The translations under genes were made by a program, and so were the position numbers. From Cycas panzhihuaensis (lineage: Eukaryota > Plantae > Cycadophyta), in NCBI GenBank assembly GCA_023213395.1, contig CM041465.1:119419741-119483740 (forward strand): 64,000 nucleotides of DNA. The letters are read 5' to 3'. Numbering within the stretch: the stretch's first letter is position 1; each line of letters begins with the position of its first letter. Under the pieces are notes generated by a model. The model made no database searches, was not told the origin of the DNA, and was given only the letters and a program-made list of their open reading frames with translations. Positions 25,887-39,213 of the stretch are shown one piece after another.

Positions 25887-25953
25887 CGATATGAGTAACC
25901 TAAGTCATCTTCTCACCCAATTACCTATTGGGGGAGCAACAAAGCCCCAACCA
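25728..25953. repeat. Tandem duplication of a 70-bp unit, each copy preceded by a (TA)n tract
   Basis: TAATCGATATGAGTAACC...AAAGCCCCAACCA occurs twice with 2 substitutions. Confidence 0.92.
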
Positions 25954-26031
25954 TCATCCCTTAGGGAGATCTTCTCTCACTTTTCAACTTTTATAGACTA
26001 GCTCTATACTAATTGAGACCAAGATTTAAGC

Positions 26032-26433
26032 TGAGATAATTCTTCTTGCAGGTGCTCCTTAAGTGATAGAAAAACAACAATTCACAACCACTTTATTCTA
26101 ATCAACAAGGATAAATAAATTATTAAAGACTCTCACAAAGCACAAGAGTATTAATTGATCACCAAAGGAAGAGTATCGAAGTACAACCTTTTATAAGAGC
26201 AATATCAAGCTAGCTCTCTTTTACAATCTATGGCCTCTATATAAACAAAAAAGGGTTATTTCCAAGCAATCCTATTGGTGGCCCTAGTAGGCTTACATTC
26301 TACTGGACAATTAAATGACCTTGCATTCCATTGGCCAACTTATGGGCCCATGCACAAGGTTCCATAACTAACCTTATGGTAGCTCTTTACTTATCAGTGC
26401 TTTACATAACTTAGCAAGATGAGTTATGTAATA
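26032..26433 (-). repeat. 3' LTR of chromovirus C
   Basis: Aligns with 51439-51853; adjacent PPT. Confidence 0.9.
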
Positions 26434-26444
26434 GGTCCCCCTCC

Positions 26445-29297
26445 TTGAGATGTTGAGTCCTCGAGGCATTTAAGGTGTGGATACTGCTAACAAAATCATT
26501 GGATTCCCAAGTTGTTTCATCTAAGCTGCACTCGGCCCATTATATTAAATATTCTAAAATTAACTAGTTATGGGGACAGTGTTATCTGATAATCAATATA
26601 CGTTATGGAGGTATAGTCAAAGATTGCTCTTAATCCAAAACTTGTAGGGTTGTTTAGGGGACATGGGTTTTGTTAGTATAATTTTGGAGACAAGAAATAT
26701 GAAAAACATTATAGATGTTGGTGGTAGAGGGAAGGTCAATAGTGTATACAACTTCATCAATACATTTAAGGACTTTGTAGGGGCCATAATATTGAGGGCT
26801 ATGTTTGTGGTTCTTATGGTGGTTGAGAGATTGTTGCTTATAAGGTTATAGACGAAGGAACACAAGATCACCAATATTAAAGGAGTGATCTGATCAGTGA
26901 CGATCTACTAATTGTTTCATTTGATTTAGGGCCATGGATAGATTTTGTTTGAGGGTGTGGAGGATTTGATCTATGTACTATAATTTTTGTTGTACTACAA
27001 CTATGCAGAGATTGGTGGCTAAGGTATGATGGGAAGGTGGGGGATATCCATAGAGGGCCAAAAATAATGACATTGTAATGGCTAAATGATACGAGGAGTT
27101 GTACCAATACTTAGCTAGAGCTAACCATGTTATCTATTTAGATTAGTTGCTAGATGCAAAACATCATAAGTCTTCAAAGTTTTATTAAGGACCTATATTT
27201 GACCATCAGTCTATGGATGATACACTGAGCTCATATTAAATGATGTTCATAAGGCATGAAATAGCTCCTTTAGAAGGAGCCAGTGAATGTAAGATCACGA
27301 ACATACATGATAGTAAATGGGAAGCCATGCAAGTAAAATATTATTTGGAGGTAAATGTTAGTGATGCAAGGTGCTTTATATGAAGTCTGGATAAGTAAGA
27401 AGTGGGTACATTTTGTTAACTTATCAATGACTACTAAAATAGAGTCATACCTAGCAGATAATAGGAGTCTCATGATAAAATCCATGGCAATATTTTACTA
27501 TTTACTTGATGAGATATGTAGAGGTTAAAGGAGACTCAATTGGGGTTTCATATCAACTTTGTTATGCTAGTACATGTCGCATTTATAAACAAATGTGAGG
27601 ATAGTAGATTTCATTACTAGCCAAAAGAAGTTAGATCAAATCCTGCAATAAGTCTTGTCAAATCTAGAATGGCCACCTAGTGGGGAGGAATGTTATTTTG
27701 ATAAAATCTTGGGAATGAAAGTTGAGTGGGAATATATAAAGATGTAGTTTTAGTATAATAAAAGATTGTTATGGACATACCAATCCTTGTATATATGGAC
27801 CTTATCAGCTCAATATAAAAAGTCTGATTGGCATTAGTTATTTATGGCCAAATCATGTATCAATATCGGTTGCAGGAATGAAATAACATGAATGGTAGGG
27901 TCCTCAGGGTGACGAGTGTTGTCATTAGACATAAGAGGGGGCAATCATGAGAGGGTATCTTCCATAACATTATCTTTTCCCTTATTGTATATGATTATAA
28001 AGTAAAAAACTTGAAGGTAGTTAACCCATTTGGCTTGTTCTTCTAAGAGGACTGGTTGGTCCAGTAGGTGATGAAGGTCATGATCATCAATGAGGATAAA
28101 GAATTTTGAACCAAGTAGATATTGTTGCTATTTTTTAACAGCATGAAGGATGGCCCACATTTCTTTTTGATAGGTGGATAGCCTACACTCGTGTTCCTTG
28201 AGTTTTCTACTTTCAAAAGCTATAGGGTAGAACTCTTATATTAAGACTACACTCAGTTCAAATCTAGCGGCATTGCATTCTAATTAGAATGGGCAAGTAA
28301 AGTTTGGTGAAGCCAAAACTAGGGTGGTTGTTATAACTTCCTCAAGGTGGAGGAAGGCCTCATTGGCCCAAGGAGACCATTAAAAGGAATCTTTCCTAAG
28401 TAGGTTAGTTAAAGGGGTGGTTAAGGTGGAATAATTTCAGACGAATCGACAATAAAATTTGGTAAGTCCTAGGAAGGCCCACAATTGGGTAAGAGTCTTA
28501 GGGATTGACTAATTAGTTATGACTAAAATTTTTTTAGGATACACGCAAACCCCTATGGATAATATGATGTAACCAAGGTATTGCAGTTTAGTTTTCTTAA
28601 ACTCACATTTGGAGAGTTTGGCATATAATTTATTCTTGGCCAAGATTTGGAGAATTATTTCTAAATGCCAAATATAAGTAGGCATGTTTGGGCTATATAT
28701 AAGAATATTGTCAAAGAAGATGATGATAAATTTTACATAGGTATGGGGAAAATATTTTATTCATAAGGGCCTGAAAGGTAGCCAGAATATTACAGAAGCC
28801 AAAAGGCATGACTTAAAACTCAAAGTGGCCATGGTGGGTTCATAAGGTTATTTTGTGTTGATCCTTTGGTAGGATGGAGATCTTGTAATCGCCCTACTAT
28901 AGATCGAGTTTAGTAAAAATCACAACACCATGGATCTCATCTAATATGCCATCAATTTGTAGCTTAGGGAACTTGTTTTTTATAGTGATTTTATTTAATG
29001 CATGATAATCACCACAAAGTTGGAAGGAGCCATCATTTTTATAAACTAGAATGATGGGTGTGGCATACAGGCTTTTGCCAAGTTAAATGATGTCCATATT
29101 TATTAATTCCTTAGTGATTTTTTTGATTTCATTTTTTTGGAAATATGAGTTCCTATATGGCTGAAGACTAATCGAGTCATGCAAATTTTGTAACTCAGTA
29201 GTGTGATAGTAACCTTAATCTAGTGGGAGGCTAGCAGGTAGTGGAGCAAATACTAATTAGTAATGATTCAATACTTGCTAGATATCAAGGTGGATAT
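26445..29297 (-). pseudogene. Chromovirus C pol copy 1 (RT, RNase H, integrase, chromodomain), continuing at 45721-46126
   Basis: MDFIMRLLLSARYDSILVVIDKLTK (integrase), HFEF.VMPFG (RT), EYLI.WAECSLDETTWES (chromodomain); degenerate. Confidence 0.88.
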
Positions 29298-31874
29298 TGT
29301 TTCCCGGCTTCCGGGAATGGATACGGAATCACCGACTCAGGTAAGTGCAGGTATGTCTCTCGCATTATCATCGCTTTCTTTTACTGGATGTTTGTTTGCG
29401 TATCTGCATGTGTATGACTTTGTGGGCGACCTTGTAGTCGTCCACACTTATTTTTAGCCTATGACGACTATAGCAGGGGCACACTCCCAGCGAGTGTGGC
29501 ACCCTGGTGACCATATTATATCCCGCATCTGCCCTCCTCGCTCCAGGATCCACTAGGTTTCAACCACCTCCGCCCGTGTGATGACTCATCATCGTTGGGT
29601 TAACTTGCCACCCTATTTGAGTCCTATTTTTGCTCCCTTGGACCCGTTTGTTGGCTTGTTTGCTCCCGGGTAGATGTTCTAGCTTTCTATTAGTCTTTTC
29701 GGTCATCTGCCCCGACTGGGCCGGTGGTGGGCCCCATTTTCGGCTCTAGGTGCGTCTGGCAGTTTTTCACGATCTTGGCCGGAATGTCCGTGGTACTGTG
29801 AAATTCTCGTGATCTGTCTCAGGTGCTTTTTAAAAATTTGCCGTGGCAATTTCGCATTTATTACGAAACTGCCACGTGGCTCGCGCCTTATTTCTCTTCC
29901 AGCTACGCCCTAATCACCTGCTTTAGGGTTTTGCTTGAGTACTTAAGCCCTTTTTGGCTCATTTTCAAGGGTTCTTTGGCTCACTTTTGGAATTGCTCTC
30001 AAGGAAACATCACCACCTCTTGCTCTTCTCTGCATGCATGTTCTTTGCTACTAGACCAGCGTCCCTCCTTGACGCTCTCCTTTGGGCGTGGGTGAGACAT
30101 TCTCCTAGCCCCTCAAACGCCTTGGAGGGCCCCTTTGGAGTGGTTTCTAGTTGATCTTTGCCTGGGCAACCCTGGCGCCCCAAGTGCAGGTGTTTCCCAT
30201 CACATCTCCGTAGCAGGGTCTCAAACCTGCTCTACTTCAGATCTGGACTGATTTCTCAGCCCCTCTTCACTGCTCCTTGGCTGAGGCAAATCCCTTGCCT
30301 CTCCTCTTCAGGTATTCCTTGTTTTGTACTGGTTTTTCTTGTGATATTTATGCTTAAACTTGTTTGCTCCTGTTTGTTTCTTGAGAGTTGGTTTTCCTCC
30401 CTTTTAAGGACTGCTATACCACTCTTTCTGTGCTTCTTGCCTGCGTTTGCTACTCAAGGCAGCGGCGTTGAGGGGCGGCATATGTTTTGGAGAGGAGCTG
30501 GGTGGATTCCGTACCACCTTCCACGCTCCCTAAGCGGCTCTAAGCCCTCCAAAGCCTCCCTCTCATCCCGTGCTACCCTTGGCTTGCAAACAAGGGTTTG
30601 AAGGCTCCCTTTAGTTGCCCAAACCAGCGCTGTCACAAGTTGCAGCGCTGATTTGGGGCCTTTTTCTCAGGTTTGGGCATCATTCATAAGTCCCAACCGT
30701 TGGTTCGTGCTTCACCTTTTCTTCCCGGTCACCCGGTTTGCTCCTCATAGTATCCTGGTTCGCCGTGGGTGTCCTTGGGCCTCTCCTTGCCCTTTTTGCT
30801 TCCGTTTTCCAACCCTTGCTCTCAACTTTATCCTCGCTACCTCGTGGCTCTTGAGGGGAGGTTAGGGCACCATTTGCGGGAGGTAGGCCACTCTGAGGCT
30901 TACCCAATCATCTACTTTCACCTTGGTCACTTTCTTTTGGTACTTTCATTGTTGGATTAGCACTAACGCATGTATATTCCGGTTCTTGTTTATGTTATTT
31001 AGGTATATATTATTAGAGTTTTGTGTTGCATGTTAGTGTTCTTCCTTCGGGAAGAGAGAGAGACCGCTATTGCTTGCAGGTATTTGGGAAGTGCGGAGAA
31101 CATCGCCCGTTGGTCTCGTTACCGGTAAGCACCATTGCACGCGTTATGTTTTTATACTGCTTCATTTATTAGTTGGTGCTCCCTTTCTTTCTTTGGTATC
31201 GCATGTGATTTTCTGGGGAAGGTAAGGAAGCCCCTCTTTCGCATGCATGACATCTCGCATCTGACGTCGGCGGGTGGTTGGGTGCTCCTCGAGAAGGCTT
31301 CTTCATCTCGCACGCCCTCGGTCCAGGTGCACGTTTCGCCCCCCTTTGCTACCTCTTTTTTCTTTTATTTCTCTCTTAGTAACTAGCACATTGAAAGATA
31401 AAAGGGAAAATTGGTTTGGTACTTGTTTGCGATTCGTTTGACTTGTTACATGTATCTTCACCGTTCGTAGGAAATATTGTAGGAGCCCTCCTCTCCCCTA
31501 CCTTTCCTTCTCTCTCCTTAACCACACAAGTGCCTTGCTTCTTGCATCACTCGTGTACCCGGTTAAGTTATGTAGGCTTACTCTTGGCCTATCTCCATTA
31601 GGTCCTCTCTTCCCCCCTTCTGGCCACCCAAGGGTGGGAGGATCCTACCTCTAGGTCAACCCAGTTTTGCCCTACGCACCTTCACCCCTTGTTCGAAGCG
31701 GTGAAGGGTCACCCGATAGTAGCCATACTCCATTGCAGATCCCGAACTCGCGCTCCAGCGCACGGGGCGCTCTGCGTGATAGTTACTCACCGTTTAGGTT
31801 CCACCTTCTATCATTTCACCACTCACTCTCCCCCACACCTATCAGTTAGGTAGTTATCCATGTAGTAGCGTCCA
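29298..31874 (+). repeat. 5' LTR of the Tat-type element
   Basis: TGTTTCC...GCGTCCA; aligns with 43149-45715. Confidence 0.95.
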
Positions 31875-31875
31875 C

Positions 31876-31893
31876 TGGCGACCATACTGGGGA
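31876..31893 (+). promoter_or_regulatory. Primer binding site, tRNA-Arg type
   Basis: TGGCGACCATACTGGGGA, 1 nt after the LTR; resembles the TGGCGACTCCACTGGGGA Arg PBS of Ogre/Tat elements. Confidence 0.85.
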
Positions 31894-32048
31894 CTGCCAG
31901 TAAGGGAGCTAGTTTTCACTCTCTTCGGTTGGTTTCACTACTCTCGTGTGATCCTTTTTATACCTACCTCGACCTCCACGTTGGGCAGCCCCCAACGCGT
32001 GTGTTTTACCGCTCTTTCTCTTTTCCTAACATCGTCAGTTGACCTTGC

Positions 32049-34400
32049 ATGCGACATTTTTCTCGTCGGTTGCGCGGTCTACCTCCATTGTTAGAAGACC
32101 CCGAGTATCGCCTTCTTACTTCGTCAGATTTCGATCCGACTATGGAGGGATACTCTTCCGATTGGACCTACCACACTTCAACCTTGGAAACCCATGCTTT
32201 TCCTTCTGTTATTCCCGGGTCCACCCGAGTGGGTGACGACCCCCTTTATTACCCAAATGACCAACACTTTTCACTTGATGCCCATCCTTCTACCCATGAC
32301 GTGGAAGGATCCGTTCCTCTCGAGGTTTGCCACGTAGTTGGCGACTCTTATGAGGAACATTCTGAGGAACCTACTTTGTTTGAGGTTCCGATCACCTCTT
32401 ACGAGTATGTAAGGACTCCTCCTGCTGACGTAGTTGAAGCTCTCAATGAGTGTCGCCGCGCGGCACGCTTGCAACCACATCCTGGATGGCTTGAGGATGC
32501 CCTTCGTGGAGGAGCCTCTTTCTCTTCTGCTTCTCCCCCTCATGCTTCATCCTCATCCACTCTTCCTTCGATAACGAATCCCTTCGTGCCTACACGTGTA
32601 TCCCACTCGTTTCCTATTCCTGCAGTGGGGGCACGTGTTACACCTTCCATCCCTCATCAAGGTCCTAATGCCTTAGGATCTTCTCATGGTGTGTCTTTCC
32701 CTCAACTGAAGGTTAGCATACTCGTTCCTAACCAAACCAATGTGCCATCCCCTAACATGGCACATACCGTCCCTAGTAGGCCTGCCGGTCCTACTAGCCT
32801 TCCAATCACTAGTTATGTGGGATCCACTCCCACGCATCCTCCAACCCAAAACATTGGTGCTTCCTTCTATGCTCCCCCAGGGTATACTTCTCAGCCTTGG
32901 GGGCAGGGTAGAGGAAGCCATCTTCCCGTTTATGGGGTGGATCCGCTACACCCATATGGGGTCGCTCCACCTACAGGTGGCCCATATGGGTAAAACCCAG
33001 TTCCGCATCCCTCTTGCCCATCTTCCAGCCAATTACATCCATTGTGCCTTTGAGGGCAGACTCCCTTCAAGGCACCTATTCCCATGCCTCTTTTCGTGAG
33101 GCGCTTCCTCAAGGAGGGATGGGTGTCCCACCCCCATCCGCTCCTTACGCGTTACCTACTTCGACATTCGTTGATCCTACGGTCCAGGCAAGGGCACGTC
33201 CCTTCATGGACTTTAGGTCAACTCCTCTTTCGGTTGAGGCGTTGCGAACCAACTTACCGCCTCATCCCCCTGAAGTTCCTAGATTCGATGGGACTTCGTC
33301 ATGAACCCGTGAGCATGTCCGTAGTTTTTCTATGGCATGCATTGATTACTGGGCTTACGACCATATTTTGATGAAACTATTCCCGCGATCCTTGCAGGGT
33401 GACGCCCTCAAATGGTTCTACCGTCTCCCTGCCCACTCAATCCATTCATTCCAGCAATTGGTGGACGAGTTTATCAACTATTTTGATATAGCTCGTCCAT
33501 TCGAGAGCGGAATAAAATCCCTTCTTTCGCTCAAACAAGGTCACGATGAGATGAATCGTGACTTTGTACGGCGATTCCACGACTTGCTTCACTCCACTAA
33601 GGCAACATTGCCCGAGGAGCTAAAGCGAGACCTTTTCGTCAATGCACTTCGTCCCAAAGTCCACGTAGAAGTCCTCAAGATGGGGGCGACTACATGTGAC
33701 TCCGCGATCACCAAGTGTTTGGCGTTGGAGGCTATTGAGATCCAAGCCGGTCTCAAGAAACCTCTTAAGCCCTCACAACGCCGTGAGGCACCACCCCCTA
33801 CCAAGGATACCAAACCTTCCTAACTGATGCGATCATCCTCTCATCCTACCGAGAGGACTCTAGACCCTCTCACATCAACTATACGCTCGTTCGAGCGTAC
33901 GATGAAGGAACTCAAGCTCCAAGCTCCTTCATCCCCTACATTAAATAAACAAGTCCAACAAACTACCCAAGCTCCTCTTCCCAGGAATGGAAATGCCCAG
34001 TCCTCTCAAGCGATAAGGTCTGACCCTCCGCTTGAGAAGAAGTGGTGCTCCATTCATGGGGATTGCTTCCATGACGATTCGCGTTGTAGGGCCCAGCATC
34101 CTAAGGATGTCCCTCGACGCGATCCTTCCCCCAAACGGGTCTCAAGGCCTAATTTGGATCAGCCAGTTCACAAGGATCCGTTCCCTAAACACGGGGAACG
34201 CGATCGCAACACCCAAACCAAGAATAACCGTAACCGAGGAAGATCGCCTGATTCCCGTCCTTCCCGCGATAAAGGGAAGGGCAGTTGGAACTCGTCTTCC
34301 TCTTCTCGTTCTCCTAGCCGTCGCACCCCGTCGCCTTCACGACCACCGGAGCGGGGAAGAAGGTGATCCGGTTGTGAAGCAACTCCCACTTTTGCCCTTA
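32049..34400 (+). pseudogene. gag of the Tat-type element (long Pro/Ser-rich N-terminus, Retrotrans_gag capsid, CHHC knuckle, RS-rich tail), frameshifted
   Basis: VPRFDGT..EHV..F..AC...LMKLFPRSLQGDALKWFYRLPAHSIHSFQQLVDEFINYF; LKQGHDE..RDFVRRF; WCSIHGDCFHDDSRC. Confidence 0.9.
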
Positions 34401-34599
34401 CGATCTCAAGCCTAAGGAAGTGGCGAGCTTCTTGTTCTTAGCTCCTTTCGACCCTCTTGGGAGACCCTTCCTCAGGAAGTCCCTCTCTTCCCAAGGCTAT
34501 TCACATGCGCCCATGTCGTTCACGATTTTGAAGGGCACTTACAACCTCAGGAAGGGTAAGCCCTTCTCCGTCGTTAACGAGCTTCATACTGATCATTGC

Positions 34600-37500
34600 G
34601 GGGATGTCCTTGATGGACGTTCGAGGAGTTGCCACGGCGGGCCCTCCTCTGGAAGCTTTAGGGTCAAGTGATGCTTTGTCCACGCTTTGGGTGTCGCCCA
34701 AGGTAGTTGACCTGTTATTTCCTTTGATCCTAAGGATCTTCCTCCCAGGTGAAAGGGCGTCGGTGGAACTTCCCATTCACCATCACCATCGATCGCGGGT
34801 GCACTCTTTGAAGGATTTGTCGACAGCGGTTCTTATCGATCCATGCCCTTGCGTGTCATGCAAGAGCTTGGTATCTACGCTTATGGAACCCGTTCCTTGG
34901 CGATGCGAGCTATGAGTGGCGAGAAGACCCCTTTGGGATGCAGCGATTCCGCCACCCTTGAGGGTAAGACCGTTCTTCTTAGATGTTGTAGTCCTCGACG
35001 TTGATGTGGATTACAACCTCCTTCTAGGTCATCCATGGCTCGACCAAATGGGAGCCGTGTGCTCGACTCTTTGGGGACAACTTAAATTCGTCCATGACGG
35101 ACGAATGAGAGTGATTCCCCGTGAACGCCCATTTACCAAACAAACTCGTTCCACCAGTTCGGCAAACCAAGGTTCATCTACCCATGCCTCGGCTTGCTCT
35201 ATTGGTATACCTAATCCGTCCGAAGAAGACCCCGCGTCTTCTCCCCCTAGTCTCACGCGATTCATCCCTATTGGCATTGGGAGTTACGGGTACCTTGCTT
35301 CGTTTAGTGATGATGAGTCACTTTCGGCGAAGGCAGTTGTCTTCACCCCGTCTCTTTCCTTCGCGCCAGTAGGCCGCACTTTCCCTGTTCTAGATCCCCA
35401 TCTAGAACCTTTTTCATAGGTGAGGCTAGCCCCTCGTGCGTGTCACACGTCATCGCTGGTGTTGACCCGCCTGTCGTCAGTTCTTCTTTTTCATTACCCC
35501 CCGTAGGTAATGGCTTTGAAGAATTGCCTTTCGCTCCTTCCGAGGAGCCTCTTCTTGGTTTTCCTTCAGATTTCCACGAGGAAGTTGAGCAACCCGATAG
35601 TCATCACGATCCTGTCGCTCCTACTCCCTCCAACGCTTCTTCTACTCGAAGTAAGGTCATCCATGGGGTGGATTATTTCGAGGATGACGAAGCCCTGCTT
35701 AAGCATCTAGCAGGCCTTACGCCCAACTTGCCTTCTGGTCACCACCGTCTTGGTCATCAGAAGATCCTCGCGATCGGATCCACGCTTGCTGATCCGATCC
35801 CGTCTCCTATTCCTCCTCCTCCCGTTGATCTTGCCTCTCTCCACTTCGAGGAGGGCAATGCCATGTGCATGGGGGCAACTCAAGACATAGTCTTGGCCCT
35901 GGGCAAGGTCATTAAGGTTGGGTTGGAATATTCCCCTGATGAGATAAGGGAGTACTACCTTCTATTCCAGGAGTTTCGAGACATTTTTGCATGGGATTAT
36001 GTTGACATGAAGGGAATCGACCCCTTGATTGTCACTCATAACCTCACCACCCTTCTGGCGCTGCCATACATGCGCGAGCGGCGTCCCTTCACCCGGCTCT
36101 GCACGCCGTCAAGATGGAGGTTGAGAAGCTTCTGGATGCTGGGCTCATTACTTCCATTGACTACCCTAAATGGGTCTCCAACATTGTTCCCATTGCTAAA
36201 AGAGCAGGCAATCCAGGTATATGTCGACTTCGCGACATCAACAACGCTTGTCCCAAGGACAAATTTTCGTTACCCTTCCTTGATCAAATCATTGATCGCC
36301 TTGGGATTCAGTGATGTCCCTAATGGAATGACTTCTCCGCTATAACCAAATTGATTTCTCCGAAGACCGCCATAAGGCGGCCTTCACTACTCCTGGGGCA
36401 CCTTCGCCTGAGGCGATGCCCTTTGGCCTTAAAAATGCAGGTGCTACTTACCAAAGAGCCATGCACTTTATCTTCCATGACCTCATCAACGACACGTTGG
36501 AGGTCTTCATGGATGATATGATGGGTCTTTCCGTGATAGCTATCACCCTTCCGACTTGCGTGCCATCTTCTCACGATCGCCAAGTATCACCGATCTTAAT
36601 CGCTTAAATGTGTGTTTGCCGTTATCTTGGGTAAACTCCTCGGATTCCTTGTATCTAAACAAGGAATTGATTCGACCTGACAAAGTCGGGCGATCCTCGA
36701 CGTCGCCACCTAGAACTTAACGGCAGATTAAGTCGTTTCTAGGCAGGCTTGGTTTCCTTAGGCGCTTCTTAGCTGATTTCGCTATGAGCGCTAAACCTCT
36801 CACGAACCTATTGAAGAAGGGAGCTCCTTTTGCTTGGTCTGACAAGACCCAAAAGGCCTTCGAAGGACTCAAGGAAGCCCTGGCTTTCGCTCCTACGTTG
36901 GCACCTCCCCAATTCGATAGGCCCTTCATCTTGTATACCTCAGCGACTGACGAATCCTTGGGCGCTATACTCGCTCAGGGGGACGACTCGGGAACTGAGA
37001 GAGCTATATACTTCATCAGTCGCACTCTCGTGGCTGCTGAGCTGAACTATTCCCCTGCTGAGAAGGAATGCCTCTCCTTGGTCCATGCGACCAAGAAGTT
37101 TAGGCACTACTTACTTGGCAACACCACCAAGGTGATCGTCCAATCTGATCCCTTGCGCTACTCACTAACTCGTTGGTTGTGGATAGGGTGGTGGTTGGTA
37201 GTCCTACTCCAAGAATTCGATCTCCACATCGTCAACCGGAAATCAAAGAAGGGAATGATAGTGGCCGAGCAACTCGCGGACGCCCCTATCCCTAACTCCT
37301 TTGATACTCCCGTTGACGACTCTCTCCCCGATGAGTCTATCCTGACGATTCAGGGAGCTCCTCCCCATCCGCTCATCAACGATGAGTGGTACGGCGACAT
37401 AGTGCGATATCTTACATAGCAGCAATACCGCCCCGACGCTAGTAATAAAGCTAGGTCTACATCCAGGACTTACGCGGGCAATACCTCCTCGTAGATGAGG

Positions 37501-38620
37501 TATTGTACAAGAAGTCATTCGATGGGATCCTCCTCATTGCGTCACTACTTGGCCAGGCCAGTGCCAGCGAATGCCACCACGGCATTTGTGGAGGTCACTT
37601 TGGGGGCCAATCCATGGCTCAGAGGATCCTCCGCATGGGCTATTTCTGGCCATCTCTTTTTAAAGACGCTCACGCCTTTGCTCTGAAATGTCGGCAATGT
37701 CAAGAGCACGCCAACATTTCCCATGTGCCTTCCGAGGCCTTGCATCCCATCGTTTCGCCATGGCCTTTCGCTCAGTGGGGACTAGACCTCATCGGGGCTA
37801 TCTCCCCACCTTCGTCATCATGACACAAGTTCATCTTGACTGCCACGGAGTATTTCACCAAATGGGCGGAAGCCATTCCCTTGATCACTACTCCTGGCAA
37901 AACGATTGCCACATTCATTTATCGGCATATCATTTACCGTTTCGGAATTCCGGACGTCCTAATCACCGACAATAGAACTCCTTTCTGTAATAAGGAGGTG
38001 GATGAGCTTTGTGAGAAGTTTAAGATTTCTCATAAGACTTCCTCCCCTTACTACCCTCAGGCAAATGGCCAAGTGGAGTCTTTTAATAAGACTCTTATCA
38101 GCATCCTCAAGAAAATCGTTGCCCAATCCCAAAAGGATTGGCACCTTCAGTTATCCTCCGCCTTGTGGGCTTATCGCACCTCTATACATTACGCCAGGAA
38201 TGACCCGTTCTCCACGGTCTCTGATGCGAGGCGATACTCCCGCTGGATGTTGAGATTCCTTCCTTGCGAATCTCTCTTCGAGGTTTCATCGATGAAGAGT
38301 CGATCTGTCAGGCTCACCTGCTGGACCTCGAAGCTTTGGATGAGAGACGCTTAGCCGCCTATCAGGCTAACCTAGCATCCAAAGCCCCTTCACAAAGGGC
38401 CTACGATAAATGCCTCCGTCCCCACCCTTTGTTTCCTAGGGACTATATCCTCAAGCTCGAATATCTCCATGACCGTTTGACCAAATTCAAACCCCGATGG
38501 GTTGGTCCTTTCGTCATTATCGAATCCCTCGATAATGGTGCCTATAGGATAGCCACCCTCGAAGGGCTTGAATTTGAGAAAGCTGTTAATGGAAAGTTCC
38601 TTAAGAAGTTTTACGCGTGA
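34600..38620 (+). pseudogene. pol of the Tat-type element: protease, RT, degenerate RNase H and integrase with GPF motif; frameshifted
   Basis: FVDSGS (34816-34833), YNLLLGHPWL; WVSNIVP, DINNACPKD, MPFGLKNAGATYQRAM, VFMDD; RNase H FILYTSAT..YSPAEKECL; integrase H-H-C-C, WGLDLI, ITDNR, NGQVES, PRWVGPF; stop 38620. Confidence 0.93.
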
Positions 38621-39213
38621 TCTCCTGGCGATCCCTTCGCCTTGCTCTGAAATGAGCCTAAACTACCATCTTAGGCTGTCCCCATTCTTCCCAACCACGG
38701 GTAGAATGGCAATTTAAGATGGACCCTTCTTCTGCTTTTCAGTTCCTTCCGCAGAACCCATGTTCCCGTATCCTCTCAGGAACCCTTGTGTCGTCTTGCT
38801 TGGGCATTCCCCAATCAGGAGGACGCTTGGGGGTATCGTTGCCCCTCTTCCCTGCCCGTCGTTTCCTTCGTATATCCATTATGCTCTCCACAGCAGGCGT
38901 GTATGCCGCGCTATCCTCTAATCTCATACCTCTCTATCGTCTCCACTCACGACGTGTGTGTGTGTGCTCCTGTTAGACATATAGCCATACATGGAAGGAA
39001 ACGTATCTACAACATAAAATATCCATAACATAAAACATCCACCATATAACATTCACAATACATAAAATAATCATACATGTCATCCATGATACACTATACA
39101 CAGCATCTCATATCCAAATGGGGTTCTAATCACCCTATGCATATATATATACATATCCAAAATCTTGTCACATTATACATCACAGGAAGAATTGTCCTTG
39201 CAGGGGGGTACAA

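Noticed and set aside
25658-26001. ORFs with YIYIYI runs
   Set aside because: Translation of (TA)n microsatellites
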